A stretch of 64,000 nt of DNA, taken from assembly GCA_016748015.1 (NCBI GenBank), contig JAAOMT010000299.1:471090-535089 (forward strand). The letters are read 5' to 3'. A model generated the notes under the pieces. That model was not told the origin of the DNA and did no database searches. It was given only the letters and a program-made list of their open reading frames with translations. A program made the translations under genes and the position numbers. Below, one piece after another: positions 1-11,936 of this stretch; positions within the stretch are counted from its first letter, which is position 1; each line of letters begins with the position of its first letter. Source of the stretch: Geosiphon pyriformis uo1. Its lineage: Eukaryota > Fungi > Glomeromycota.

Positions 1-3000
1 ACAACAGAATCAATCCAAATAACCAGTTGGTTCCCCAAAATTCGGGCCAGCAAAGACCCAATCACTATTACACTCAACCCAGTTATCTTACAATACCAGA
101 GGAATCGGATTTTCAACAAACTGCACTTTTTGAAGGTGAAATTGCAGCCCCAAGATCAAACTTTTCCAACCACACCATTCCCCCAGCTCAAATTGCCCAA
201 AATGCTAATCTGTCAGATATATTTCCATTTGAATTTGAGGCAAATGAATCACCATTTCTGCTTAGTAATGCAGCAGTCAATAAACAGAAAGCAATTACTG
301 CCATGTACACAGAAGCTACAGTGGAAGGAAAACCCATTCACTTAATCTTAGATAGTGGATTAGCTGGAAGTATCATTACTTACCAGCTGATGCAACAACT
401 CAAATGAAACATAGACAGACCAGCTCAAACAGTTATTGTCACAGCTGATGGTATGAAGAAGACTCCAGTAGGAGAAATTGATGATTTCTCTTTTTCAATT
501 GATGGAATCACCATTCCAGTTAATGTTCTTGTTATGGATGCACCCCAATACCAAGCTCTAGTCAGAAATGATTGGCTTCTCAAGGCCAATGCAAACCTGA
601 ACTGGGAAACTCAAGAACTTAAAATCTTATACAAAGGACAATATACTATAGTACCTGCAACCTGTGATACCTTTAACAAACGATCAGAAAAAGCTCCAGT
701 ATTTGAATTTGAAGAGGAGAAAGAAATGCCACTTACTGAAACCTACATGGCTCTTGGATCAACATCCAATTGGGCTGAAGAAACTGAACAAAAGATTTTC
801 GAAGAATCAAGGGGATGGAAAAAAGTTAGATATTCTACACCAGAACCACAGAAACAACCATTCTATATTCCACTCAAATGCAAAGATTGCAACAAAAAAC
901 TTTTATTAATGGGAGCATGTATTTCTCCAGAAGAGGAATATGAAACTCGTACCTGTTACTTTTGCAAAGCATGCCATAGAGAACAATTTGGATCTCCAAA
1001 AAGAAGTAGAAAATGGGACAACACATCTTGCCTTACATGTGGAGAAATACTACCAGAAGAATGCAATTGGATTGATGTAGCAATGAGAAGAGGAGTATGT
1101 GATCAAACCTGTCAATATGCTCTATCAATTTCGGAAAAAGTCAGAAGAGGGACACCATTTGATGCAGCATACAACAGTGCTTTCAATAAACTTTATCACT
1201 ACCCTCATGATGCTGAAATGATTTTTGACCTAGCAATGGCATTAATCAATGGAGCCACTCAAAAAGATGTCTGCCAAATGAAAGAAGCTGAATATATTGA
1301 GTACACCATAAAATTAGCTGGATTTGATTATGAAGATGAAGTAGAAACCTACCACCAAATTGCAAGCCACACATATCCGACCAAAGAAGCTCAAATTCAA
1401 TGATTAGAGCAAATAAACATTCAATTGTGTGAAGAATATGTTATGCTTTGTGATGACCAATGGTGTTTAGAATGTTATGCTCTTAGAATTCCTCTGCCAG
1501 ATGAGAATAATGAAAATGAAATCGAATTTGGAGTATCTGAACAAGTAGAAGAACTACCAACCACTCCCATTTATCTTCTTGAAAAGCAACCACCTTTACA
1601 ACTTAAATATTTTGACAACCATGGCCAAGGAATCAGACCAGAAAAAGCACACGAAATTGATGCTGGATATGACTTGAGATACCCAGGAAAAGATACTTTG
1701 ATTCTCCAACCAAAGTCTTTGACAAAAATCAATCTAAAAATTGCTCTTGAAATTCCACCAGGAGCAATGGTTCAAATTGTCTCCAGATCATTATTGGTAA
1801 GCAAAGGAATTAATATTAGAGGAGGAGTTATAGATGCAGGATACACTGGAGACATTACCATCATGTTACAGAATGAAACAGACAAACCATTCAAAATTGA
1901 ACATGCTGAAAAAATTGCTCAAGCAATTTACTTACTCTTAATCAACATTTCGGGTTTACAATCAGTAAACAACAGAGAACAATTGAGAAAAAATGAAAGA
2001 GGAACTCAAGGTTTTGGTTCAACTGGACGATTTACAGTTCCAGTAAACATAGTTCTTAATACACAAAATGAATCTCACCAGATTCTTCAACTTCCTCAGC
2101 CAATTACCATTTCACCTTTTAGAAAACATTACGAAATTTACACTTGCTCAAAACCCACCACTACACAACAAATCTTTGAATCCAATGAACAAATCTGTTT
2201 GAAGCATGAAATATCAATTCCAAACGTTTATATTCCCAAAGGAATGAAAAAATTTTGAGTTACATTCTACAACCCCAATAATTACCCTATTGTTTTATTA
2301 AACAAATTAGAAATTGGAATCATACACAGCAATATCTTTCAAGATGAAAACTCTCAAATTGTCTCTAATTTCATCGAAATTATAAAGCACACTCTACTCC
2401 TAAATCCAAATATTATTCCCACTACTGAAAACTACCACTTGTTGAAAGAAAAACTCTCTCGAATCAATATGGGTTCCTTAGAACCTCAACAACAAAGACA
2501 ATTGAAACAATTGATAGCTGAATTTGCAGATATATTTGCAAAAGACAATAATAACTTGGGAAAAACAGACATTGTTCAACATCAGATCCATACAGGAGAT
2601 GCTCTACCAAAACATCAACAAGCTTATCGAGTGCCACCTGCCAGCCACCAATTTATCAGAGAAGAGATCCAAAGAATGCTCAATAATGGATTGATTCAAC
2701 CATCAAGAAGTTCTTGGGCCTCACCAGTAGTTTTGGTTAAAAAGAAAAACGGAAAAATTAGATTCTGTGTTGATTATAGACAACTGAATAGTGTTACAAT
2801 CAGAGATGCCTACCCTCTTCCAAGAATTGATGACATGCTAGATGCTCTGGGAAAAGCCAAGTTTTTTTCAACTTTAGACTTGGAAAGTGGATACTGACAA
2901 GTCGAAATAGATCCAAAAGATAGACCCAAAACAGCATTCACCACTCAAGGAGGAAATTATGAGTTTAATGTTATGCCTTTTGGACTCTGCAATGCACCAG

Positions 3001-3875
3001 CAACATTTCAGCGACTTATGAATGTTGTCTATGAAGGGCTCTTGTGGCAATCAGTAGTTGTTTATCTTGATGATACTAATATATACTCACCAAGCTTTGA
3101 AGCCCATCTCATTCACCTGCGAGAAGTTTTTCAATGATTACGGAAAGCAGGATTAAAGTTAAATATTGAGAAATGTCACTTTGGAAAAACAAGTTTGATC
3201 TTTCTTGGACACATAGTTAGTAAAGATGGAATCAAACCAAATCCAGGAACAATCAATGCTGTCAAAAACTTTCAAACCTCCAGAAATACTACAGAACTAA
3301 GAGGATTTGTGAAATTAGTCTCTTACTATCGAAAATTCATAAAAGGATTCTCAGAAATTGCCAAACCACTCAATTATCTTACCAACAAAAACGTACCATA
3401 CAAATGGACTGAAGAACAACAAAAAGCTTTTGAAATTCTTAAAACAAAATTGACAACAGCCCCAGTTCTTGCTTATCCAGACTTCAACAAACAATTCCAA
3501 TTAGCCACTGATGCTTTACACATAGCATTTGGTGCCATCTTATCACAATTGGATGAAAATGGCCAAGAACAAGTTATTGCTTATGCCAGCAGAACATTCA
3601 AGCCAACAGAACTCAAATATGGCTCAACTGAATTAGAAGCTGTTGCAGTTATTTGGGCTCTTAAACATTTTCAACAATATCTGAAAAATGGAAAAAAATT
3701 TGACATAATAACGAACAACATTGGCCTCAAATGGCTCAATAAAAAGAAAACTGAACAAAGTGCCAAACAGTCTCGATGGAATAACTTCCTAGCAGACTAC
3801 AGATATATTGTACACCACAAACCAGGAAAACTACATACCAATGTTGATAGCCTCTCAAGAATGAGACAAGATTAG
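1..3875 (+). pseudogene. Element A ORF1: end of Gag, aspartic protease, Cys-rich domain, dUTPase, RT, RNase H; several premature stops
   Basis: ORF pieces 27, 453, 1425, 2439 and 3195 are all in one frame, separated by single stops (e.g. TGA where R or W is expected). Motifs: [32 protein letters not shown]...GAILSQ, ending at DSLSRMRQD*. Confidence 0.93.
1602..2027 (+). other. Trimeric-type dUTPase domain within element A ORF1
   Basis: All five dUTPase motifs are present: DAGYDL, SRS, GGVIDAGYTGDI, KIAQAI, RGTQGFGSTG. Confidence 0.95.
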
Positions 3876-3932
3876 TACCAACAACAATCCCACCACAACT
3901 TACCAACTTACCAACAAAATAACCAAACAAGA

Positions 3933-5100
3933 ATGGATCTCAGAAACTACAGCAATCTTAAAAATTATTTGGAGACCTTTATTATGCCAGAAAACTGGTC
4001 TCCAAGTGAAAAACACCACTTACAACACCAATCAAAACAATATTTCATACACCAGAACAAAATTTATTATAAAAATCACAGAAAACCAAACCAGCCACTC
4101 AGATTAATACAAGAGAATGAAAAAGAAACAATTTTATACAATATGCACACAGATCCGTCTTTAGCACACTTGGGAAAAGAGGGAACAATTCAAAGAACCC
4201 TTGAACATTATTTTTGGCCTCACATGCAAAAAGACATTTGACAATATGTAGAATCTTGTAATAACTGCCAAAGAAGAGGAGAAACTCGCCCCACAGAACC
4301 TTTAAATCCAATCAAAGTTGGACAACCTTTTGACAGAGTTGGAATTGATTTAGTCAGACCATTACTTATCACAACCCAAGGAAATTGTTATATTGCAGTT
4401 GCAGTGGATTATCTTACCAAATGGCCTGAAGCTAGAGCCATCCAAAGAGCAGATGCAAAATCAGTAGCAAAATTCATCTATGAAGACATTATCTGTAAAC
4501 ATGGATGCCCAATTGAACTCTTATCTGATCAAGGAACACATTTTGTGAACAACTTGATACAAGAAATTTGTGAATGGTTCAATGTCAAAAGACCNNNNNN
4601 NNNNNNNNNNNNNNNNNNNNNNNNNNNNNNNNNNNNNNNNNNNNNNNNNNNNNNNNNNNNNNNNNNNNNNNNNNNNNNNNNNNNNNNNNNNNNNNNNNNN
4701 NNNNNNNNNNNNNNNNNNNNNNNNNNNNNNNNNNNNNNNNNNNNNNNNNNNNNNNNNNNNNNNNNNNNNNNNNNNNNNNNNNNNNNNNNNNNNNNNNNNN
4801 NNNNNNNNNNNNNNNNNNNNNNNNNNNNNNNNNNNNNNNNNNNNNNNNNNNNNNNNNNNNNNNNNNNNNNNNNNNNNNNNNNNNNNNNNNNNNNNNNNNN
4901 NNNNNNNNNNNNNNNNNNNNNNNNNNNNNNNNNNNNNNNNNNNNNNNNNNNNNNNNNNNNNNNNNNNNNNNNNNNNNNNNNNNNNNNNNNNNNNNNNNNN
5001 NNNNNNNNNNNNNNNNNNNNNNNNNNNNNNNNNNNNNNNNNNNNNNNNNNNNNNNNNNNNNNNNNNNNNNNNNNNNNNNNNNNNNNNNNNGAACACTTAA
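3933..5100 (+). pseudogene. Element A integrase, a separate ORF interrupted by an assembly gap
   Basis: ATG at 3933; HHCC zinc motif (MHTD..AH / CNNC); GIDLV, DYLTKWPEA and SDQG. The C-terminus ...NT* after the gap matches the integrase end of element E. Confidence 0.88.
4595..5090. other. Assembly gap (N run)
   Basis: 496 consecutive N. Confidence 1.
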
Positions 5101-5243
5101 ATTTTACAATAATTCTCTACTAAAAACACAAAGACAAAAATAGTAAATAATTACAAAACACCCAAACCCAAAAACAAATAAAAACCTCATATCCAAAAAA
5201 TAATTTTCTTTATTCTCTCTTTTCATAATTAGTCAATTTTATC

Positions 5244-5951
5244 ATGATTATTCCCCGAAATATTCAACAAATATCCCAAAAATTAATGTTAGCCTTGAAA
5301 ACACTCCCTGACTTATCTATAACAATTAATGGAAGTCAAATTAAATACATTCAGAAAGAAACCACAGCCCCAGTAGCAAATCATTTACAGAACTATCACC
5401 CCTATAGAAGAGAAACAAAAAGTCACTCTGAGAATAGATTACTAAGACTTTTGAAACAGGCACTAAAAGAAAATCTGCTAATTGCCCCTATTGACATTCC
5501 ACCAAATACTACAATACAACAAAAACTACTACTACTTCTTAATGAACAGAACAATGAACACACCCCTATCTATAGATACTTTCAAATTGGAAAAACACTT
5601 TATGAACGAAAACTGGAACTTGAAGCAACAAATCTTACTCTTGAAGTTATACAAAAACAAATCTACAATGAATTCAAAACAGCAGCTGAACCAACAAACA
5701 CTTGCTACAAACTTAGAGCAGCTTTTAGACTCTATGATTTGTTTAATACTTGTGAAAATGTTCTACAAAATCCAATACTGCAATCAATAAAAGTCCAATA
5801 CATTGGCAAACTCACAGAACTGAAATTTCAACAATTTTCAGACCAAATTACTTCAATCATTTTAGATCACTATCTCAATATTACAGATAGTGCTTGGACT
5901 TTGATGGAGCTTAGTCTTAAGGAGGAGATTATGTTACCAGTAGAATTTTAG
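5244..5951 (+). CDS. Element A ORF3, 235-aa protein of unknown function; intact frame overlapping the PPT and LTR start
   Basis: Open ATG-to-TAG frame; homologous ORFs sit at the same position in C, D, E and F. Confidence 0.8.
   Translation: MIIPRNIQQISQKLMLALKTLPDLSITINGSQIKYIQKETTAPVANHLQNYHPYRRETKSHSENRLLRLLKQALKENLLIAPIDIPPNTTIQQKLLLLLNEQNNEHTPIYRYFQIGKTLYERKLELEATNLTLEVIQKQIYNEFKTAAEPTNTCYKLRAAFRLYDLFNTCENVLQNPILQSIKVQYIGKLTELKFQQFSDQITSIILDHYLNITDSAWTLMELSLKEEIMLPVEF
5919..5931 (+). promoter_or_regulatory. Polypurine tract of element A
   Basis: AAGGAGGAGATTA immediately before the LTR TG. Confidence 0.85.
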
Positions 5952-6901
5952 CTATTAATTAACATGAAATTACCCTTATAATTCTTATAATTCATTAGTA
6001 TATTAATATCATTTCAAATTATCATTTATTATTTAATCAATTATCACATATCACGATTCAATTAAAATAATCTAATTAGTATAACAGAAAGTAAGATGAT
6101 CAAATTACACAATACTCTGAACTTTGTAACATTCAAAAATTCGCCGAAATTTACAGAAATTCGCCGAAATTATGAATAGTTCACCCAAATTAATCAATAG
6201 TTCAGCAAAATAACTTGTAGTTCATCAAAATGTATCTTTAGTTTGCCGGAATTTGGGCAAAGAAAAAAAGTGCAAGTTCATAAACTAGTACTACAACAAG
6301 TTGTATAAAAGAAGAGCTTTTCTCTTCTGGAAAATGTATCTTACTTTAGATTTATCACTTAGAACCATTCCTACACACACAAAAGAAATAAATATCAAAT
6401 AATTTGAAAAACCAAATTCTTTAATTATTACACTTGGAAAATCCCCAAAACCCAACTAACATTTTGAAATTGATTAGCTACCAATTTTAGTAAACTGTTA
6501 GTGACTTCAGGCTTGGATAAAAAACGTTTCTCTTGACAAAATTCTATTTCTTTTACATTTTTTTTATTTTTTTTTATTTTTCTTATTACAATCATTAGGG
6601 TAGCCTACAGACAAGATTCCTGTAAAAGAGTTGACTTTCACAGCAAAGTAACTACACATTTTTAGTGAGCTTCCAGATGAACAATTCCTGGGAAAGAGTT
6701 GACGTTTACTACAACATAACTACATAAAGTAACTGGCAAGAAATTGGCCATTCCACTTATAAGCCCAGCAGTTCAAATTATAAGAGATAATTTGAAAATA
6801 AATTCAGTTATTGGAGGTTCAACTACTTTCTGAAAATGTGAATTCACAGCAAATCAACATTACCAACATTTAAGAAAAGAGACCAAAAACCTCCAGTAAC
6901 A
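5932..6901 (+). repeat. 3' LTR of element A (970 bp)
   Basis: TGTTACCAG...CCAGTAACA termini; homologous to the LTRs of B and E in reverse complement. Confidence 0.95.
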
Positions 6902-9900
6902 GCACTAATTTTTCCAGGGTCCGGTTTGATTCCATCTTTACTAACGATATGACCAAGAAAAGCCAAGCTTGTTTTTCCAAAGTAGCATTTTTCGATGTTG
7001 AGTTTTAGTTCTGCTTTTTGTAATCATTGAAAAACTTCTTACAGGTGTTTTAAGTGTAATTCGAATGATGAAGAATAAACATCAGTATCGTTAAAATAAA
7101 CGACTACTGACTTCCAAAGAAGTTTTTGATACACAACATCCATTAATCTCTGAAATGTTGCTGGTGTATTGCATAATCCAAAAGGCATTACATTGAACTC
7201 ATAATTTCCACCTTGGGTGGTAAATGCTGTTTTGGGGTGATCTTTGGGATCCATAACAACTTGCCAGTAACCACTTTCTAAATCTAGCATTGAAAAGTAT
7301 TTGGATTTTCCAAGAGCATCTAACATGTCATCAATTCGGGAAAGGGAGTAGGCATCTCCAATTGTAACACTGTTGAGTTGTTAATAATCAACACAAAATC
7401 ATATCTTTCCATTTTTTTTTAATTAGCACTACAGGTGAAGCCCAAGAATTCATGGAGGGTTGGATAAGCCTGTTGTTAAGCATTCATTGTACTTCTTCTC
7501 GGATGAATTGGTGGCTTTCTGGAACAACTCGGTAGGCTTGTTGTCACCTTGGTTTGGCGTCTCCTGTGTAGATTTGATGTTGAACCAAATTGGTTCTTCT
7601 TAAGTCATTGTTGTTTTCGGCAAAGATATCAGCAAATTCTGCAATTAGTTTTTTGAGCTGGTTTTGTTGTTGTGGTTCAAGTTGTCTCATGTTGATTTAA
7701 GATAGTTTTTCTATGACAACATGGTAGTTTTCAAAGCTGAGATTTGGGTTGATTTTTGATAGTGAATGTCCAATAATTTCAGAAAAATCGGGGACTGTTT
7801 GGGGTAATTCTTGTTGAAATATGTTACTGTGAATAACTCTAATTTCTAAATTATTTAATAAAACTATGAGGTAATTATTGGGGTTGTAAAAAGTAACTCG
7901 GACTTTCTTTGTTCTTTCTGGAACATAAATGTTTGGGATCAAAATATTATGTTCTAAGCAGACTTGTTCATTGGACTCAAAAATTTGTTGTGTGGTTGTT
8001 GGCTTTGAGCAGGTGTAGATTTCCGGATGTTCTTCAAAGGGTGAGATGGTAATTGGTTGTGGAAGTCTGAGAATCTGGTGGGATTTGTTCTGTGTTTTAA
8101 GGGCTATATTAACTGGAACTGTGAATCATCCAGTTGAACCAAAATCTTGGGTTTCTCTATCACTTTTTCCTAATTGTTCTCTTTGATTAACTAGTTGCAA
8201 ACCCGAAATGTTGATTAGGGGTAGGTAAATAGCTTGGGCAATTTTTTCATGTTTGATCTTGAATGGTTTGTTAGTTTCATTTTGAAGCATTATTGTTATG
8301 TCTCCAGTATATCCAGCATCGATTATTCTTCCTCTGACATTGATTCCTTTGCTTGCCAGAGAGGACTGGGAGGCGATTTGAACCATTGCTTCTAGTGGAA
8401 TTTTGAGTGCAATTTTGAGGTTGATTTTTGTGAGAGATTTGGGTTTGAGAACAAGAGTATCTTTGTTTGGATATTTTAGGTCATATCCAGCATCAATTTC
8501 GTGTGCTTTTTCGGGTTTTATTCCTTGTCCATTGTTGTTGAAATATTTGAGTTGTAAGGCAGGCTGATTTTCGATAAGATAGATGGGTGTTGTTTCAATT
8601 TCTTCCATTGCTTTAGGTTCTTCAAATTCAATTTCGTTCTCATCACTTTTGCTGGGCAAGGAGATGCTAAGAGTGTAGCATTCAGGATACCACTGTTCAT
8701 TACAAGGCATAATGCATTCTTCACATAGCCTAATGTTCATTTGCTCTAATCATTGAATTTGAGCTTCTTGGGTTGGGTAGGTGTAACTTGCAATTTGGTG
8801 GTAGACTTCTACTTCATCTTCGTAATCAAATCCAGCTAATTCCATGGTGTATTCAATGTATTTTGCTTCCTTTATTTGACGGACATCTTCTTTGGTAGCT
8901 CTATTAATTAATGCCATTGCTAGGTCGAAAATCATCTCAGCATCATGGGGGTAGTGATAAAGTTTGTTGAGAGCACTGTTGTATGCTGCATTAAAGGGTG
9001 TTCTTCTTTTTACTTTTTCTGAAATTGATAAAGCATATTGGCAGGTCTGATTGCAGACTTCTCTTCTCATTGCTACATCAATCCAATTGCATTCTTCTGG
9101 TAGCATATCTCCACAAGTCAAATAAGGGGTGTTATCCCATTTTTCACTTCTTTTTATTAGATGGCCCCATCATTCTCTGTGGCAAGCCTTGCAGTAATAA
9201 CAAGTATGATTTTCATATTCTTCTTCAGGTGAAATACAGGCTCTCATTGATAATAGTTTCTTGTGGCAGTCCTTACATTTAAGAGGAATATAGGGGCATT
9301 GTTTCTTTGGTTCTGGCTTTGAGTATAGGATATTTCATCCAGAGGTTTCAGGTTCAGAGTGTGGTGTAAAATGTTCTTGTTTAGTTTCATCGGCCCAATT
9401 GGACATTGATCCAAGAGCCATGAATGTTTCAATTATTGGTTTTTCTTCTTCTGATTCAAATTCAAAAGCCAGGGCTTTTTCAGAGCATTTGTTAAATGTA
9501 CCACAAGTGGCAGGTACTTGGGCATGTTGTCCTTGGTAAGAGATTTATAGTTCTTGGGTTTCTCAGTCTAATTTTGCATTGGCTTTCTGGAGCCAATCAT
9601 TTCCGACAAGAGCTTAGTATTGGGGAGCATCCATGACCAAAACTTTGACTGGAATGGTGATTCCGTCAATTGTGAATGGAAAATTGTCAATCTCTCCTAC
9701 TGGAGTCTTTTTCATGCCATTGGCAGTAACAATGATTGTCTGAGCTGGTCGGTCAACATTTTTTTTAGCTGCTGCATCAATTGATATGTGATGATACTTC
9801 CAGCAGATCTACTGTCTAGGATCAAGCGAATTGACTTTTCTTTTACTTCAGCTTTTGTGTACATTGTAGTGATGGCTTTTTGTTCATTAGCCACTGCATT

Positions 9901-11934
9901 GTTAAGCAAGAATGGTGATTCATTTGCTTCAAATTCGAATGGAAATATATCTGAAAGGTTGGCATTTTCAGCAATTCTGACTGGTGGGATTGTGGTAGAA
10001 GTATAGAAAGAGTTTTGTTGTTGTGCTGCAGCTCTACCTTCCGAGAGTGCAGTATAGTGAAAATTCTGTTCTTCAGGTATTGTTAAATAACTAGGTTGAG
10101 TATAATAGTGATTAGATCTTGGTTGAGTGGAATTTTGGGGGACCAATTGGTTGTTCAAACTAATTCTATTGTTGTTTACTTGGTATCGGTTTTGTGGTGT
10201 AAATTGGTTTTGTGTAATCAGTCTTCGAGCAGGTACTTGATAATGTTGTGTAGGTGGTTGTTGGTATTGCTGTTGGATTGGCTGTGATAATAGTTACTTG
10301 GATATTAGGGTCTTGGTGGATAGTAAGCTGGTGGTGGTGGTTGATAATAAGATTGCTGTGGTAGAGGGTAATGTTGATTACTCCTATTTTGTTGGTCTCA
10401 TTGTAGCTTTCTGCAATCTCTTTTTCAGTGGCCAAAGATTCTACAATAATGGCAATTCTGAGGCTGGTTATTAGGAAGTAGTGCAAAGTTATTTTGATTT
10501 CGTTTTTGGAGTGGTTGATATCTTTGGGGTTGCTGTTGTTGTTGATTGGTGAAATAGTTTTCAACCTTCTTTGTGAGTTGATCAATTTTTTTCTTAGCTG
10601 CTGAGCTGGTTTCTCTAATTGCCAAATTTACAAGTTTTGTGCAATTGGCCTCTTCTATGGCCATTTTGTATCTTTTCGCATGCTGTATGGCAGAGTTTAA
10701 ATCTTCTGGGGCATGTGGGCAAACCTTTTTAATTAGTTTATCTTTGAGACCAGCAATAAATTGATCCAAAATTTGAGCATCGGAGTAATAATCATTTGTT
10801 TTAAGTTGGCAAATTCATCTGAGAAGTTTGTTGAATCTTCTAATATAAGTCATGACAGATTCGGAGGATTCTTGTTTGATATTATGAAAACAATTTTGAA
10901 GTGTAATTGAGGTGTTGTTATTAGTGAATTGTTTTAGGAAGGCAGTTTTGAAAGCTGTCCAGTCATTAAAAGGGGTGGTCAAGTTTTCAAACCATTTACC
11001 TGCTGTTCCTTTGAGGAAATAGGGAATTGTTCTTAACATTCTGGCAGTATTCTATCCATTTGCATCTCCAGCTTTAGTAACTTGGTCGAGCCATTCTTGG
11101 GGACTGGCCTCAATGTCTTTTCTATTGAATTCAGGGATTTTTGCGATGTATACTGTTATTTCGTCTTCCTCGTTTTCACTGTCTATTGATTCTCCTTCAG
11201 ATATTTCAGAGTCGTTTTCTTTGTTCACTGCTGTCTCAGAGTGTTCACTTTGATTTTCAGCTAGAAAGTCAAGGAGATTGGAACTAGTTTGAAGGGGTTC
11301 TTGTTGTCTGGTGGCACTTCTGGATAATGTAAAATCTTCTAGTCTTGTAAATCAATTTAAAAGTGAATTAGATGTTTGTGCTTGTGCAAGTAAAGCTGGA
11401 AAAGATGTGATAGTAAGTGGAAGTTTTGAACTGGTCTCTTGTTCAGGTGTTTGTAAATGTTTGGCAGTTGTTTTTGGTAATATTGGAGTATTTGGGGTGG
11501 TTTTTGAGTATTGCTTCAATTTTTGTTTGCCTTTGTTGCTTGTTTCTGTTTTTGATTCAAAATCAATGAAGTATTGAGACTGTACTGGATATGTTTCTTC
11601 ACAGTACTTGATAATGTTAAAGTTAAGTTCTTGAAAGTAAGTGGCAAGTGTTTCACTGTTAAAGTTTTCAGTTTTCAACTGTGAATAGTGTACTAAATTA
11701 TTGTAAAGATTGCTTCTGACTTCTGAGATATTGTAATTTCCAAAAAGATAATTGTTGATGCAGTTTTCAATGTATTGGTATACTGATTTCTTGACAACTT
11801 CAATTCCGTCTGGAATGTTGAATTTTTGCTTGCAGTGGGTGTAAATTGACTGGTAATATTCTAAAGTTGTTGCATCTAGTGTGGTTGCCACTTTGAAGTT
11901 GTTTTTGCTGTGTTGTTTCTGTGGGAGAGCACCA
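6902..11934 (-). pseudogene. Element B Gag-PR-Cys-rich-dUTPase-RT (partial), decayed
   Basis: Minus-strand ORF fragments from 11352..11891 to 7039..7326 are near-identical to the element E proteins. Confidence 0.92.
11917..11934 (-). promoter_or_regulatory. Primer binding site of B (TGGTGCTCTCCCACAGAA)
   Basis: TGG 2 nt after the 5' LTR CA; complementary to a tRNA 3' end (...GGAGAGCA-CCA). Confidence 0.85.
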
Positions 11935-11936
11935 AA

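Larger units (their letters stand above)
1..6901 (+). mobile_element. Ty3/Gypsy LTR retrotransposon A (family 1); 5' part lies outside the window; inserted into the RT of element B
   Basis: Domain order PR (LILDSG), dUTPase, RT (YLDD), RNase H, IN, then PPT and a TGTTAC...GTAACA LTR. The sequence right after 6901 is mid-RT of B on the minus strand. Confidence 0.95.

Noticed and set aside
1602-2027. dUTPase as a defence against the observed C>T decay
   Set aside because: dUTPase only removes dUTP from the nucleotide pool and cannot repair deaminated C or 5mC in genomic DNA, so no causal link is supported.
3873-3932. Stop-codon readthrough or an intron joining RH to IN
   Set aside because: The junction is in frame only in A and F (and F's spacer has a further stop). 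C, D and E spacers are out of frame and lack conserved GT-AG sites.
4404-5143. Long ORFs full of X
   Set aside because: Artefacts of the N gap. The equivalent region in E is about 714 bp against 496 N, so the gap size is unreliable and a deletion cannot be claimed.
5244-5951. ORF3 as a retroviral envelope gene
   Set aside because: It is too short and has no signal peptide, transmembrane segment or cleavage motif.
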